Positions 40,647 through 49,186 of a DNA stretch of 64,000 nt are shown here, one piece after another. The stretch lies in assembly GCA_943357245.1 (NCBI GenBank), contig CALRGH010000001.1:13456-77455 (forward strand). Direction: 5' to 3'. The notes under the pieces were generated by a model. The model was given only the letters and a program-made list of their open reading frames with translations. It was not told where the DNA came from and ran no database searches. Source of the DNA: Candidatus Nomurabacteria bacterium. Its GTDB lineage: Bacteria; Patescibacteriota; Minisyncoccia; Phycocordibacterales; UBA9973. The translations under genes and the position numbers were made by a program. Within the stretch, counting starts at the first letter, position 1; every line of letters starts with the position of its first letter.

Positions 40647-40696
40647 ACTACTCCGACCTATGTCGGAGTCCGACGAAGGTCGGACTAACTATTTAC
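40647..40696 (-). repeat. 50-bp double-hairpin element (inverted copy of 15123-15172) within a CTATTTA array after gyrB
   Basis: Exact reverse complement by manual comparison. Confidence 0.95.
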
Positions 40697-40700
40697 TAAT

Positions 40701-42743
40701 TTATATATCAATCTCCGCTAACTTTGCATGTGTTTGGATAAATGATTTGCGAGGCGCAACATCCGAACCCATCAACATGTCAAACACTTTATTTGCTTCT
40801 TCGGCATCATCGACATTCACTTGTTTCAAAATACGTCGAGCAGGATCCATTGTTGTTTCCCATAATTCTTCTGCGTTCATTTCTCCGAGACCTTTATAGC
40901 GTTGGAGGTGGAATTTACTTGCCTTCACCTCTTTCTTTGCATCTGTTTCTTCATCAGTTACCACATCATCTCCACCCTCACTTTCGTCTGTCTCTTCGAT
41001 TTCTGCATTGTCGCCAGTAATCGCCATTTTTTCTTCATCAGTATACGCATACCACAGTTCTTTACCTCGCTTTATTTTATAAAGTGGTGGTTGCGCAATA
41101 TAAATATGTCCGGCATCAATGAGTGGTTTGAAGTGACGGTACAAGAGCGTCAAAATAAGCGTACGGATGTGTGCGCCGTCCACGTCGGCATCGGTTGCGA
41201 TAATGATTTTGTGATAACGCAATTTTGAAATATCAAACGTATCACCGATTGCGGTTCCCATCGCAATAACCAAGTTTTTAATTTGTTCAGAGGCGAGCAT
41301 TTTATCAAGACGCGCACGTTCGATATTTAGGATTTTGCCACGCAGTGGCAAAATCGCCTGCGTGCGACGATCGCGTCCCATTTTTGCCGTACCTCCAGCG
41401 GAATCTCCTTCCACAATAAAAATTTCAGATTCTTCTGCACTCTTTGAACCACAGTCTGCAAGCTTGCCCGGAAGCGTCATACCTTCAAGCGCACCTTTGC
41501 GGAGCACGGAATCCTTTGCTGCTTTTGCTGCTTTACGCGCGCGAACCGCCAAGATCACTTTGTTAATAATCATCTTTGCTTCGTCTGGATGCTCTTCGAG
41601 AAATGCTTCAAATGCTTCCCCGAAGACCGTTGTGGTTGCGCCTTGTGCTTCAGGAGAACCCAATTTCCCTTTTGTCTGTCCTTCAAATTGAATTTCACGA
41701 AGTTTTACCGAGACGACTGCGGTCAATCCTTCAAGGACATCATCGCCCGTAAATGCGCCATCAGATTCTTTGATGAAATTATTTTTTTTGCCGTAGGTAT
41801 TCAAAAGACGCGTAAGTGCTGTTTTAAAACCAATCACATGAGTACCTCCTTCTTGCGTATAAATATTGTTCGCAAATGGCAAGATGCGACAAGAAATGTC
41901 ATCGATATATTGGAGCGCAATTTCAACGCCAACATCATTCAATTCTTTGTCCACATAAAAAATAGTATCCTGTACTGTTTTTTGGTGCAGGTTTTGGTGG
42001 CGAATAAGCGATACCAATCCTCCTTCGAAATAAAAACTGTGCGATGGCGCTTCAATGCCTTGGTCTTTCAAATACACTTCATCATCAAGATTTATTTTAC
42101 CTTCGTAATTACGTGCATCGATAACCGTGATTAATAATCCTTTGACTAAATATGCTTGCTGACGCATGCGACTGACAATAATATTCCATTCAAATTCTGT
42201 TGTTGTTTTAAAAATTTCTTTATCAGGCTGGAAGGTCACAATGGTGCCGTGCAATTTCGAAGAACCGACTTTTTTGACGGCTGCTTTTTTCTTACCACAC
42301 GCATATTCTTGCATGTGCTTGCCACCATCACGATGCACTTCTACTTTTGTGTATGTGGAAAGTGCATTCACTACCGACGCACCAACGCCGTGCAAACCGC
42401 CAGAAACTTTGTAGCCGTCACCACCAAATTTACCACCGGCGTGGAGCGTCGTCATGACTGTTTCAAGTGCGGATACTTTTGTTTTGGAATGAATGTCCAC
42501 TGGAATACCGCGACCATTATCCGCAACGCGCACATGATTGTTTGGTAGGAGTGCAATCTCAACACGGTTTGCAAATCCGCCCATCGCTTCATCGCGAGAG
42601 TTATCAAAAATTTCCCATATCAAATGATGCAAGCCTTCAGAGCCTGTTCCTCCAATATACATACCGGGACGTTTTCGTACCGGTTCGAGTCCTTCAAGGA
42701 CTGAAATATCTTCTGCGGAATATGATCCTTTCTTATCTACCAT
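40701..42743 (-). CDS. gyrB: DNA gyrase subunit B
   Basis: VRKRPGMYIG, DNGRGIP, SGGLHGVGASV, EGDSAGG, PLRGKILN, DADVDG, RYKGLGEM. Confidence 0.98.
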   Translation of the reverse strand: MVDKKGSYSAEDISVLEGLEPVRKRPGMYIGGTGSEGLHHLIWEIFDNSRDEAMGGFANRVEIALLPNNHVRVADNGRGIPVDIHSKTKVSALETVMTTLHAGGKFGGDGYKVSGGLHGVGASVVNALSTYTKVEVHRDGGKHMQEYACGKKKAAVKKVGSSKLHGTIVTFQPDKEIFKTTTEFEWNIIVSRMRQQAYLVKGLLITVIDARNYEGKINLDDEVYLKDQGIEAPSHSFYFEGGLVSLIRHQNLHQKTVQDTIFYVDKELNDVGVEIALQYIDDISCRILPFANNIYTQEGGTHVIGFKTALTRLLNTYGKKNNFIKESDGAFTGDDVLEGLTAVVSVKLREIQFEGQTKGKLGSPEAQGATTTVFGEAFEAFLEEHPDEAKMIINKVILAVRARKAAKAAKDSVLRKGALEGMTLPGKLADCGSKSAEESEIFIVEGDSAGGTAKMGRDRRTQAILPLRGKILNIERARLDKMLASEQIKNLVIAMGTAIGDTFDISKLRYHKIIIATDADVDGAHIRTLILTLLYRHFKPLIDAGHIYIAQPPLYKIKRGKELWYAYTDEEKMAITGDNAEIEETDESEGGDDVVTDEETDAKKEVKASKFHLQRYKGLGEMNAEELWETTMDPARRILKQVNVDDAEEANKVFDMLMGSDVAPRKSFIQTHAKLAEIDI

Positions 42744-42798
42744 AAATATTTTTTATACCTCTATTTTAGCATATTTTGATGTAAAAACCTAGCATTTT

Positions 42799-42840
42799 TT
42801 ACACAAAAAAAGCCTTATTTATAAGGCTTTTTTTGTGTAA
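42799..42840. terminator. Perfect palindrome with 20-bp arms, likely terminator
   Basis: ttacacaaaaaaagccttat tt ataaggctttttttgtgtaa directly after the stop of the large gene. Confidence 0.85.
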
Positions 42841-45800
42841 TTAAGGTGTATCTGATGGTGGAGTATCAGTTGGAGGAGTTTGCTCTGCTGGAGGTGTCTC
42901 GCTTGGTGGATTCTCATCAGTTGGAGGGATATCGCTCGATGGGGTGTCTTGTGGAGGAGTGCCGGTTGGAGGAGTTTCTGATGGAGGCACTTCTTCGGTT
43001 GGCGGTGTCTCTCCTCCTCCAGATGGCGGAAGTGTCTGTCCTGCGTTTTCAATAAGCGCACGAAGTTGGTCTTTATTGATACACACATCTTCAACACACA
43101 ATTCTTTTGTCGTAATTTTATCGGAGAAAATATTTACCAGTCCATTCGTTGTAGATGCGAGCCATGCGCGAAGTGCACCAACCAGAGAATTATCTTCATT
43201 CGTAAGGTCTGCAATATTTGTAATCTTTATATCAAGTTGTTTTACTGCTGCCATCAAAATACCATTCACCGACACTTGATCAATCACATTGCCCCACATG
43301 AACGCCGGATTAACTTCGTCAGCGATATAGCCGATGCGTACTTTTGCAAGCGGAGAATCAGTGCCGTATCCTTCCACTTCATTTCGGTATCGGAATGTAT
43401 GTAATGGTGCATCCAAAATTAACTGCAACGCATTTGTATAATCAGTATAGTCTTCGATATTTTGTTTTGTATCACGAGTAGATGTTTGTGTACCGATAAC
43501 GGTACCTGCCGTATCATTTGCATTTGTTGGTGCTGCAGTATGGATGCGCATATTGCCCGAGTTGTCTTGCCACACGTATCCTGCGGTACCAGATTTTTTC
43601 TGGAAGTTGATCGACCCTGCACCAGTGTTTGTCGCATTTGTATTTCTACCAAGGGTAATATAATTTCCAGCTGCACCATCTCCTAGATCACGATTAGCAC
43701 CATTTAAATGTCCCTCTGCGGTAACACGCCATTTTTCAGTAAGTGTCTGGAGTGTTGTTCCTGATGCCCCTGCATCAGATGTTAGAAATGCAATAGCTCC
43801 TCCGACAGCATTCCCTGTTGCCTTACCACTAGCAAGATTAAGACCTGCGCCGTATTGGTTTGTTCCTGATCCACCACTTGCATTAATAATTATACCTTGA
43901 GGACTCGCCGATGTCACTCCGTTACCAAAGTATGCATCAATTGCAGTTCCACTTCCTGTACTTACCACCCATTGATCGTTCGCAGTTGCAACCGCAGTAG
44001 TACCACTACCAATAACAATCGATCGAGTAATACTATTAGAAGAAACATCTGCGCGGTCACCAATAAGAATATTATTACCACCCGTGGTAATAGTTGCACC
44101 TGCACTGTATCCAAGAAACGTATTTCCTGTAGCAGTTGTGTTCGCAACACCAGCTCCTTTACCAAAAAATGAGTTTGTTCCCCCTGTACTTACAAGTCCT
44201 GCATTCATACCAACAAATGTATTATCACCTGCTGTTGTGTTCGCATCTCCAGCAAGATAGCCGATAAAGGTATTATTGTTTCCTTCTGTGTTCAACCGAC
44301 CAGCACTTTTGCCGAAAAATGCATTGCCAGTACCAGTACTGTTTGTTTTACCCGCAATATCCCCAACAAATGTATTGCCGTCTGCGGTTGTATTTCCCAT
44401 CCCCGCACCCCCCCCAATAAATACATTACTATCTCCTGTTGTATTAACAGAACCCGCTGTGCTTCCTATAAATATATTTTCCGTACCTGTTGTATTAACC
44501 TCTCCAGCTCTATATCCAATAGCAGTATTATATGATGCAGTGGTAATAGCAGCTCCTGCTGATTTCCCAAGCAGTATATTACTTACACCCGTAGTGATTG
44601 AGTCACCAGTATTATCTCCAAATAAAATATTATCAACACCACCACCTGCGCCATTAAGCGCTGCACCTGCGCCAATAGTCCCTGTAAACACGTTATTATA
44701 AGCGTCTGCAGTCACATCTCCACTACCACTTACACCAACAGCCCCCCAGCTAACACCACTATATACTTGAAATTCACCATCATCTGTATTATAAATAAGC
44801 TCTCCTGCTACTGGAGTTACAATATCGTCACGTCTTGTCGTATTCATACGTGGCAGAAGCACTCCGGAAGTCGATGAAGTAATATCAAGCACTGCTTCTG
44901 GGGATGCTATACCGATGCCGAGTGACTCTGCTCCATCATCCCAAAAAAAGTTACCGTTTTTCGCGATTGTCGTTCCATTAGAAAAGAGTACAGAACCTGT
45001 GTCAAGGGATGGTAACGTTAATTTTCCATTGAATGTATTCCAATCAGTGGACGTGAGAAATCCTTTTGCACCAGTTGCCGCCGCTTGGCCGTTTGTATAA
45101 TCAATAGCAATAAGACCACTTGTTGCATTAAAGTCAGCAGCGGTAAAAGTTGCCGCACCTTTTGTGGAGCCGTCAGCTGCGGCATTCGTAATTGAAATAG
45201 TACCCGAACTATTAGAAAGTGGCGAAGAGAATGTAAGCGAACTCTGCTTACTGTTAAACGTCGTCCAATCGGTTGCTGAAAGATAGCCGGAGACACTTCC
45301 TGTTGCTTGTGAAATTGTCATGATGCCAGTCGAGTTGCTATATGAAAGTGGTATGCTACCTGCGACACTAATAGCACTTCGTGCACGAGCATCAGTGAAA
45401 TACTGATTCGAACCTTCGGTAATATTCGATGTGGTGAGTGTCACCGAACCAGTTGAACCATTGACACTCGTAACGGATGCACCGTTTAGAATTTCCACCC
45501 AATTGGCAAGAACTGTCGCATCGGTGTCTGCAAGTACGTATGTTTTGCTTTGATCAGTACGAATAGCAAGGTCGCCTTGAGTTGCAGAAAGTGCGAGCAT
45601 GGCGACTTGTGATGCGACAACGTACGTATCTGAAAATGAAAGCGACGCAAGTTGAGATGTCGGCACTTTGCCGTTGCCATCAAGTGTCGCAATCCCATCC
45701 GCAACACCTTTCTGTAAACTAATTCGCGCATCGGCACGACTATTTGTATAGTAGAGATTCGTACCTTCATCAATTTCAGTCGTTGAGAGATTAATCGCGC

Positions 45801-47124
45801 CAACTTCGCCGTTAACGGAAAGCACCGAATCTGTAGGGGTAAGTATTTGGACCCAGTTGGAGACGTTTGAATAATCAACAGCTGAGAGTACATAGGTTGT
45901 GTTCGTGTCAGTACGAATTGCAAGATCCCCAATACCAGCGCTTGAAAGCGCAAGCATCGCGGCTTGTGATGCAACGACGAAGATATCACTAATTGCAAGT
46001 GATGAAAGTTGCGACATTGGCACTTTACCGCTCGAATCAAGTGTTGCAACACCACTTACCGCGCCCATGTAGGAAGTCGGTACAAAATCAAGCGTCTGCC
46101 ACGAAAGCGTACCTGATCCGTTGTTTTTTAAATACGATGATGACGCGCCTTGTGATGACGGAAACGAGTACACGACATTATTTAATTTCACAATATTTCC
46201 ACTTGAATCTACTTGAAATTTATCCCCAGAACCAACTGTGAAAAGCGATGCAGGTGACGTATCTCCAACACCAACATATCCTGTCGAAGAAATGCGCATT
46301 CGTTCATTTGCATTTGCATCACCACCAGTGAAAAACTTGAGTGATTCTGTTGCTCCGGCAGTTCCTATTACCAAATCAGAATCACTTGTATATAAATATG
46401 CAGTGTGTGGACCTCCATAAATAAGCGATAAATCATTGTACCCAGAACTATTGATACCAAGATCAACGTAATATGAATCATCATCACCATCATCAGCGGT
46501 TGCAACGAAATCAGACGATGCACTGTCGCCGTCATTCAAGTTTTGAATGTTTACTTGCAAATAACTATCCGTGTTGCCAGAAAAATTTCCCACCACGTTT
46601 GGAAAAATCGTACCGCCGCCGGCTGCGAATGATCGCGCTGCAGTGACATTGCCTTCACTATCAATATTGAGCTTGCTTGCGCCGTCAACTTGAAAATCGG
46701 CGAGGTAATGCGTGCCGGAACCTGTCGCACCTTCGGTGACATTAACGAGTAAACCAATGTACGCAGCGGTGCCAGATTGTGAGACTGTCGGATGAATATA
46801 GTGACCGTACGCAGAACCGGAACTTCCGGATACCGTAGACGTAAACGTTTTTATTCCTGCAAAACTTTGTGCAGATGTATTAACAAGACCTGTGTCTGTA
46901 ATTGACGCATCAGGAATTTCAACAAAACATTCTGCGTCTCCGGGCGCACATGTTGGATCTAATGTTTCATTTTGAAGATAGGGAGATGTAGGCGGTGTTG
47001 CAAAAGCAACAATTCCTCCAGAAAACGCAACAAGAAAAAGCACCGATAAAATTAGTGTTCGATTTGTCCCTTGTTTTATTTTTTTGAGAACAGATTCTTT
47101 AATTGTGCGAATGAGTCTACGCAC
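42841..47124 (-). CDS. Large tail-fibre / trimeric adhesin-like surface protein with S74-type intramolecular chaperone domain
   Basis: N-terminal TM, two ~110-aa repeats (GVATLDSSGKVP / GIATLDGNGKVP), NxFIG..AG 17-aa repeats, STRDTKQNI..GYIADEV, Pro-rich tail. Confidence 0.8.
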   Translation of the reverse strand: MRRLIRTIKESVLKKIKQGTNRTLILSVLFLVAFSGGIVAFATPPTSPYLQNETLDPTCAPGDAECFVEIPDASITDTGLVNTSAQSFAGIKTFTSTVSGSSGSAYGHYIHPTVSQSGTAAYIGLLVNVTEGATGSGTHYLADFQVDGASKLNIDSEGNVTAARSFAAGGGTIFPNVVGNFSGNTDSYLQVNIQNLNDGDSASSDFVATADDGDDDSYYVDLGINSSGYNDLSLIYGGPHTAYLYTSDSDLVIGTAGATESLKFFTGGDANANERMRISSTGYVGVGDTSPASLFTVGSGDKFQVDSSGNIVKLNNVVYSFPSSQGASSSYLKNNGSGTLSWQTLDFVPTSYMGAVSGVATLDSSGKVPMSQLSSLAISDIFVVASQAAMLALSSAGIGDLAIRTDTNTTYVLSAVDYSNVSNWVQILTPTDSVLSVNGEVGAINLSTTEIDEGTNLYYTNSRADARISLQKGVADGIATLDGNGKVPTSQLASLSFSDTYVVASQVAMLALSATQGDLAIRTDQSKTYVLADTDATVLANWVEILNGASVTSVNGSTGSVTLTTSNITEGSNQYFTDARARSAISVAGSIPLSYSNSTGIMTISQATGSVSGYLSATDWTTFNSKQSSLTFSSPLSNSSGTISITNAAADGSTKGAATFTAADFNATSGLIAIDYTNGQAAATGAKGFLTSTDWNTFNGKLTLPSLDTGSVLFSNGTTIAKNGNFFWDDGAESLGIGIASPEAVLDITSSTSGVLLPRMNTTRRDDIVTPVAGELIYNTDDGEFQVYSGVSWGAVGVSGSGDVTADAYNNVFTGTIGAGAALNGAGGGVDNILFGDNTGDSITTGVSNILLGKSAGAAITTASYNTAIGYRAGEVNTTGTENIFIGSTAGSVNTTGDSNVFIGGGAGMGNTTADGNTFVGDIAGKTNSTGTGNAFFGKSAGRLNTEGNNNTFIGYLAGDANTTAGDNTFVGMNAGLVSTGGTNSFFGKGAGVANTTATGNTFLGYSAGATITTGGNNILIGDRADVSSNSITRSIVIGSGTTAVATANDQWVVSTGSGTAIDAYFGNGVTSASPQGIIINASGGSGTNQYGAGLNLASGKATGNAVGGAIAFLTSDAGASGTTLQTLTEKWRVTAEGHLNGANRDLGDGAAGNYITLGRNTNATNTGAGSINFQKKSGTAGYVWQDNSGNMRIHTAAPTNANDTAGTVIGTQTSTRDTKQNIEDYTDYTNALQLILDAPLHTFRYRNEVEGYGTDSPLAKVRIGYIADEVNPAFMWGNVIDQVSVNGILMAAVKQLDIKITNIADLTNEDNSLVGALRAWLASTTNGLVNIFSDKITTKELCVEDVCINKDQLRALIENAGQTLPPSGGGETPPTEEVPPSETPPTGTPPQDTPSSDIPPTDENPPSETPPAEQTPPTDTPPSDTP

Positions 47125-47189
47125 TTAAAAAGTATACCACTTTTTAAGTGCTAAAAAGGTATAAAGATGTTGATAACGTTGGCAAGGAT

Positions 47190-47600
47190 AGTTATCAAGT
47201 TTATAAAGTTATAAGGTTATAAAGTTTTAATAAATCCTGAGATTATCCTAGATATTTCAGTTGAAAGAATTTCAAGTTTAGCAGCTTGGTCTTTTCGAAA
47301 ATATCGCAACTCAACACCGAGAATAAGCATTGAACGGACTTCCCCACATGACCCCTTTGCAATATATAAAAAATTCTTAAATTCTTTATTTGTTTGACGT
47401 TCAAATCCTTCCGCAATATTGTTCATAATAGAAACAGATGCTCGTTCAATCTGATTTTTAAAAGAGAAATCTTTGCAAACTGAAACATCCTTATAAATCT
47501 GTAACGTTAATTCTTTTGCTTTTTGCCATGCAATAATCTCTTCAAACCTCGTAATTTTCATGTCCTTTATAACTTTACAAACTTTATAACTTGATGAACT
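47190..47600. mobile_element. Candidate cassette: four-helix-bundle gene between inverted TTATAAAG arrays
   Basis: 47190-47224 agttatcaagtttataaagttataaggttataaag versus reverse complement of 47564-47600 agttcatcaagttataaagtttgtaaagttataaagg. Confidence 0.55.
47217..47561 (-). CDS. Four-helix-bundle protein (23S rRNA IVS protein / Avd-like family)
   Basis: FEEIIAWQKA, QIERASVSIMNNIAEGFER, FLYIAKGSCGE. Confidence 0.93.
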   Translation of the reverse strand: MKITRFEEIIAWQKAKELTLQIYKDVSVCKDFSFKNQIERASVSIMNNIAEGFERQTNKEFKNFLYIAKGSCGEVRSMLILGVELRYFRKDQAAKLEILSTEISRIISGFIKTL

Positions 47601-48739
47601 TAGCGGACAGTGGCCTTAACCACGTCCGCTGTTTCCTGCTCTAATTTTTTATGAATCGCATTCACTTCCACATCCGTCAGCGTGCGATCAAGTGCACGGT
47701 ACGTGATTCGATATGCATAACTTTTTTTACCAGCACCAAATTTGTCTGCATTTTCGTATTCATCGACGAGCGCCATTTCTTCTGCCATATCACCAACCAC
47801 ATCGCGCACCACGTCAAAATAATTATTCGGCATAAATATTGCGCTGTCGACAATGAAAGAAATGTCGCGCACGATTGCTGGGTACTTACTTACCTCTTTA
47901 AACTTAGTGCCGAGTTTTAATTGCTTTTTTACACGTTCGTCATCACTCCAAAGCAATCGGATATCCGGAAGTTCGGTGCTGATGATTGCTAATCGTTCAA
48001 GTCCAAGTCCAAACGCCCAACCCGTCCATTTTGAGGAATCAACACCAAGTTTATCAAGCACACTTCCCTTCACGACACCTGCACCATTAACTTCAACCCA
48101 CGCACCATTAATTTCCACCTCCATTTCAAGTGACGGATCCGTATACGGAAACGTATCGGGATTAAAACGATATTTAATATCATTACCGAACACTGCCTTT
48201 GCCGTATCTTCCAATACTTTTTCTAAATCAGCGCGCGTGATTTCTCCTTGTTCTTTTGGTATTAAATACCAACCATCGAGCTGATGAAAGACATTCATGT
48301 GACGGCGATCTATTTCATCTTTGCGATACACTTTGCCAAATGCGAACGCGCCAACAGGCTCGTTGTTTGCGATGCGTGCCTTGATTTTTTCATCGTGCAA
48401 ATAGTAATACCACATCACCGTCATTTGCGTACGCAAAATATGATTGTCATCTGCATAGTACGTATCAGATTTTGAACGTGCCGGATGATCCATCGGAAAA
48501 TCAAATAAATCAAATCCAATGTCAGTTGAAATAATTTGTGGCACTTCGATAGTATCAAATGTTGTAAATGCGGGTAGCGCCAAAATTCGCTTCACCATCT
48601 CTCCAATCGGACTGCCGTCTGTCCGCGACAGATCCGGCATGTCCAAATATCGCTTCATGCGAAGCGCTTCTGCGTCTGTCCGCTTGTCCAATTCCGCGAG
48701 TAATCGTGTTTCTTCAGCTGTATCTACCTTAATTTCCAT
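47600..48739 (-). CDS. pheS: Single-chain phenylalanyl-tRNA synthetase (catalytic domain plus FDX-ACB domain)
   Basis: DHPARSKSDTYY, VYRKDEIDRRH, FHQ, FPYTDPSLE, GWAFGLGLERLA, DIRLLW, SKYPAIVRDISF, YRALDRTLT. Confidence 0.93.
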   Translation of the reverse strand: MEIKVDTAEETRLLAELDKRTDAEALRMKRYLDMPDLSRTDGSPIGEMVKRILALPAFTTFDTIEVPQIISTDIGFDLFDFPMDHPARSKSDTYYADDNHILRTQMTVMWYYYLHDEKIKARIANNEPVGAFAFGKVYRKDEIDRRHMNVFHQLDGWYLIPKEQGEITRADLEKVLEDTAKAVFGNDIKYRFNPDTFPYTDPSLEMEVEINGAWVEVNGAGVVKGSVLDKLGVDSSKWTGWAFGLGLERLAIISTELPDIRLLWSDDERVKKQLKLGTKFKEVSKYPAIVRDISFIVDSAIFMPNNYFDVVRDVVGDMAEEMALVDEYENADKFGAGKKSYAYRITYRALDRTLTDVEVNAIHKKLEQETADVVKATVR

Positions 48740-48779
48740 ATTGGGCAACTATAGCAAAAATATGAGGTATTTTCCACTC

Positions 48780-49138
48780 TGTGTCACCCTGAATTTATTT
48801 CAGGGTCCAGGCTAAATTTCTAAGTCCTCCCACTGAGGATTATTTGCTTCAATAAAATTTAATTTCCATTTTCTATGCCAATTTTTTAATTGTTTTTCTC
48901 GGACAATAGCAATTTGCACATCATTTGTCTCTTCAAAATAGACAAGTTTGTGCACATTATATTTTTCAGTAAATCCTTCGACAAGATTATTTTTATGTTC
49001 AGATATTCTTCGCCGTAAATTATTTGTTACGCCAATATAAATAGTGCCATTTCTATCTGTTGCTAAAATATATACATAATATTTCTTGTATAGCATAAGT
49101 ATTCCGCCTGGATCCTGAAATAAATTCAGGATGACACA
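48780..49138. mobile_element. Candidate REP-flanked GIY-YIG cassette with 33-bp terminal inverted repeats
   Basis: 48780-48812 and 49106-49138 match at 31/33 in inverted orientation. Confidence 0.7.
48812..49096 (-). CDS. Stand-alone GIY-YIG nuclease
   Basis: YYVYIL..NGTIYIGVTNNL.RR..EHK, GFTEKY, REKQLKNW.R.WK. Confidence 0.93.
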   Translation of the reverse strand: MLYKKYYVYILATDRNGTIYIGVTNNLRRRISEHKNNLVEGFTEKYNVHKLVYFEETNDVQIAIVREKQLKNWHRKWKLNFIEANNPQWEDLEI

Positions 49139-49186
49139 AGACTAAATATAACATGACATTTCGTCCAAAATAGCTATAATCCTTGT

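Noticed and set aside
33844-42743. Inteins or introns in dnaE or gyrB
   Set aside because: Lengths are normal and no splicing motifs are evident; the acidic stretch near the GyrB C-terminus is a short low-complexity loop
42841-47124. Prophage
   Set aside because: Tail-fibre motifs occur in one membrane-anchored gene with no capsid, terminase or integrase nearby
47217-47561. Diversity-generating retroelement
   Set aside because: Avd-like fold only; no reverse transcriptase or TR/VR pair differing at adenines was seen in the window
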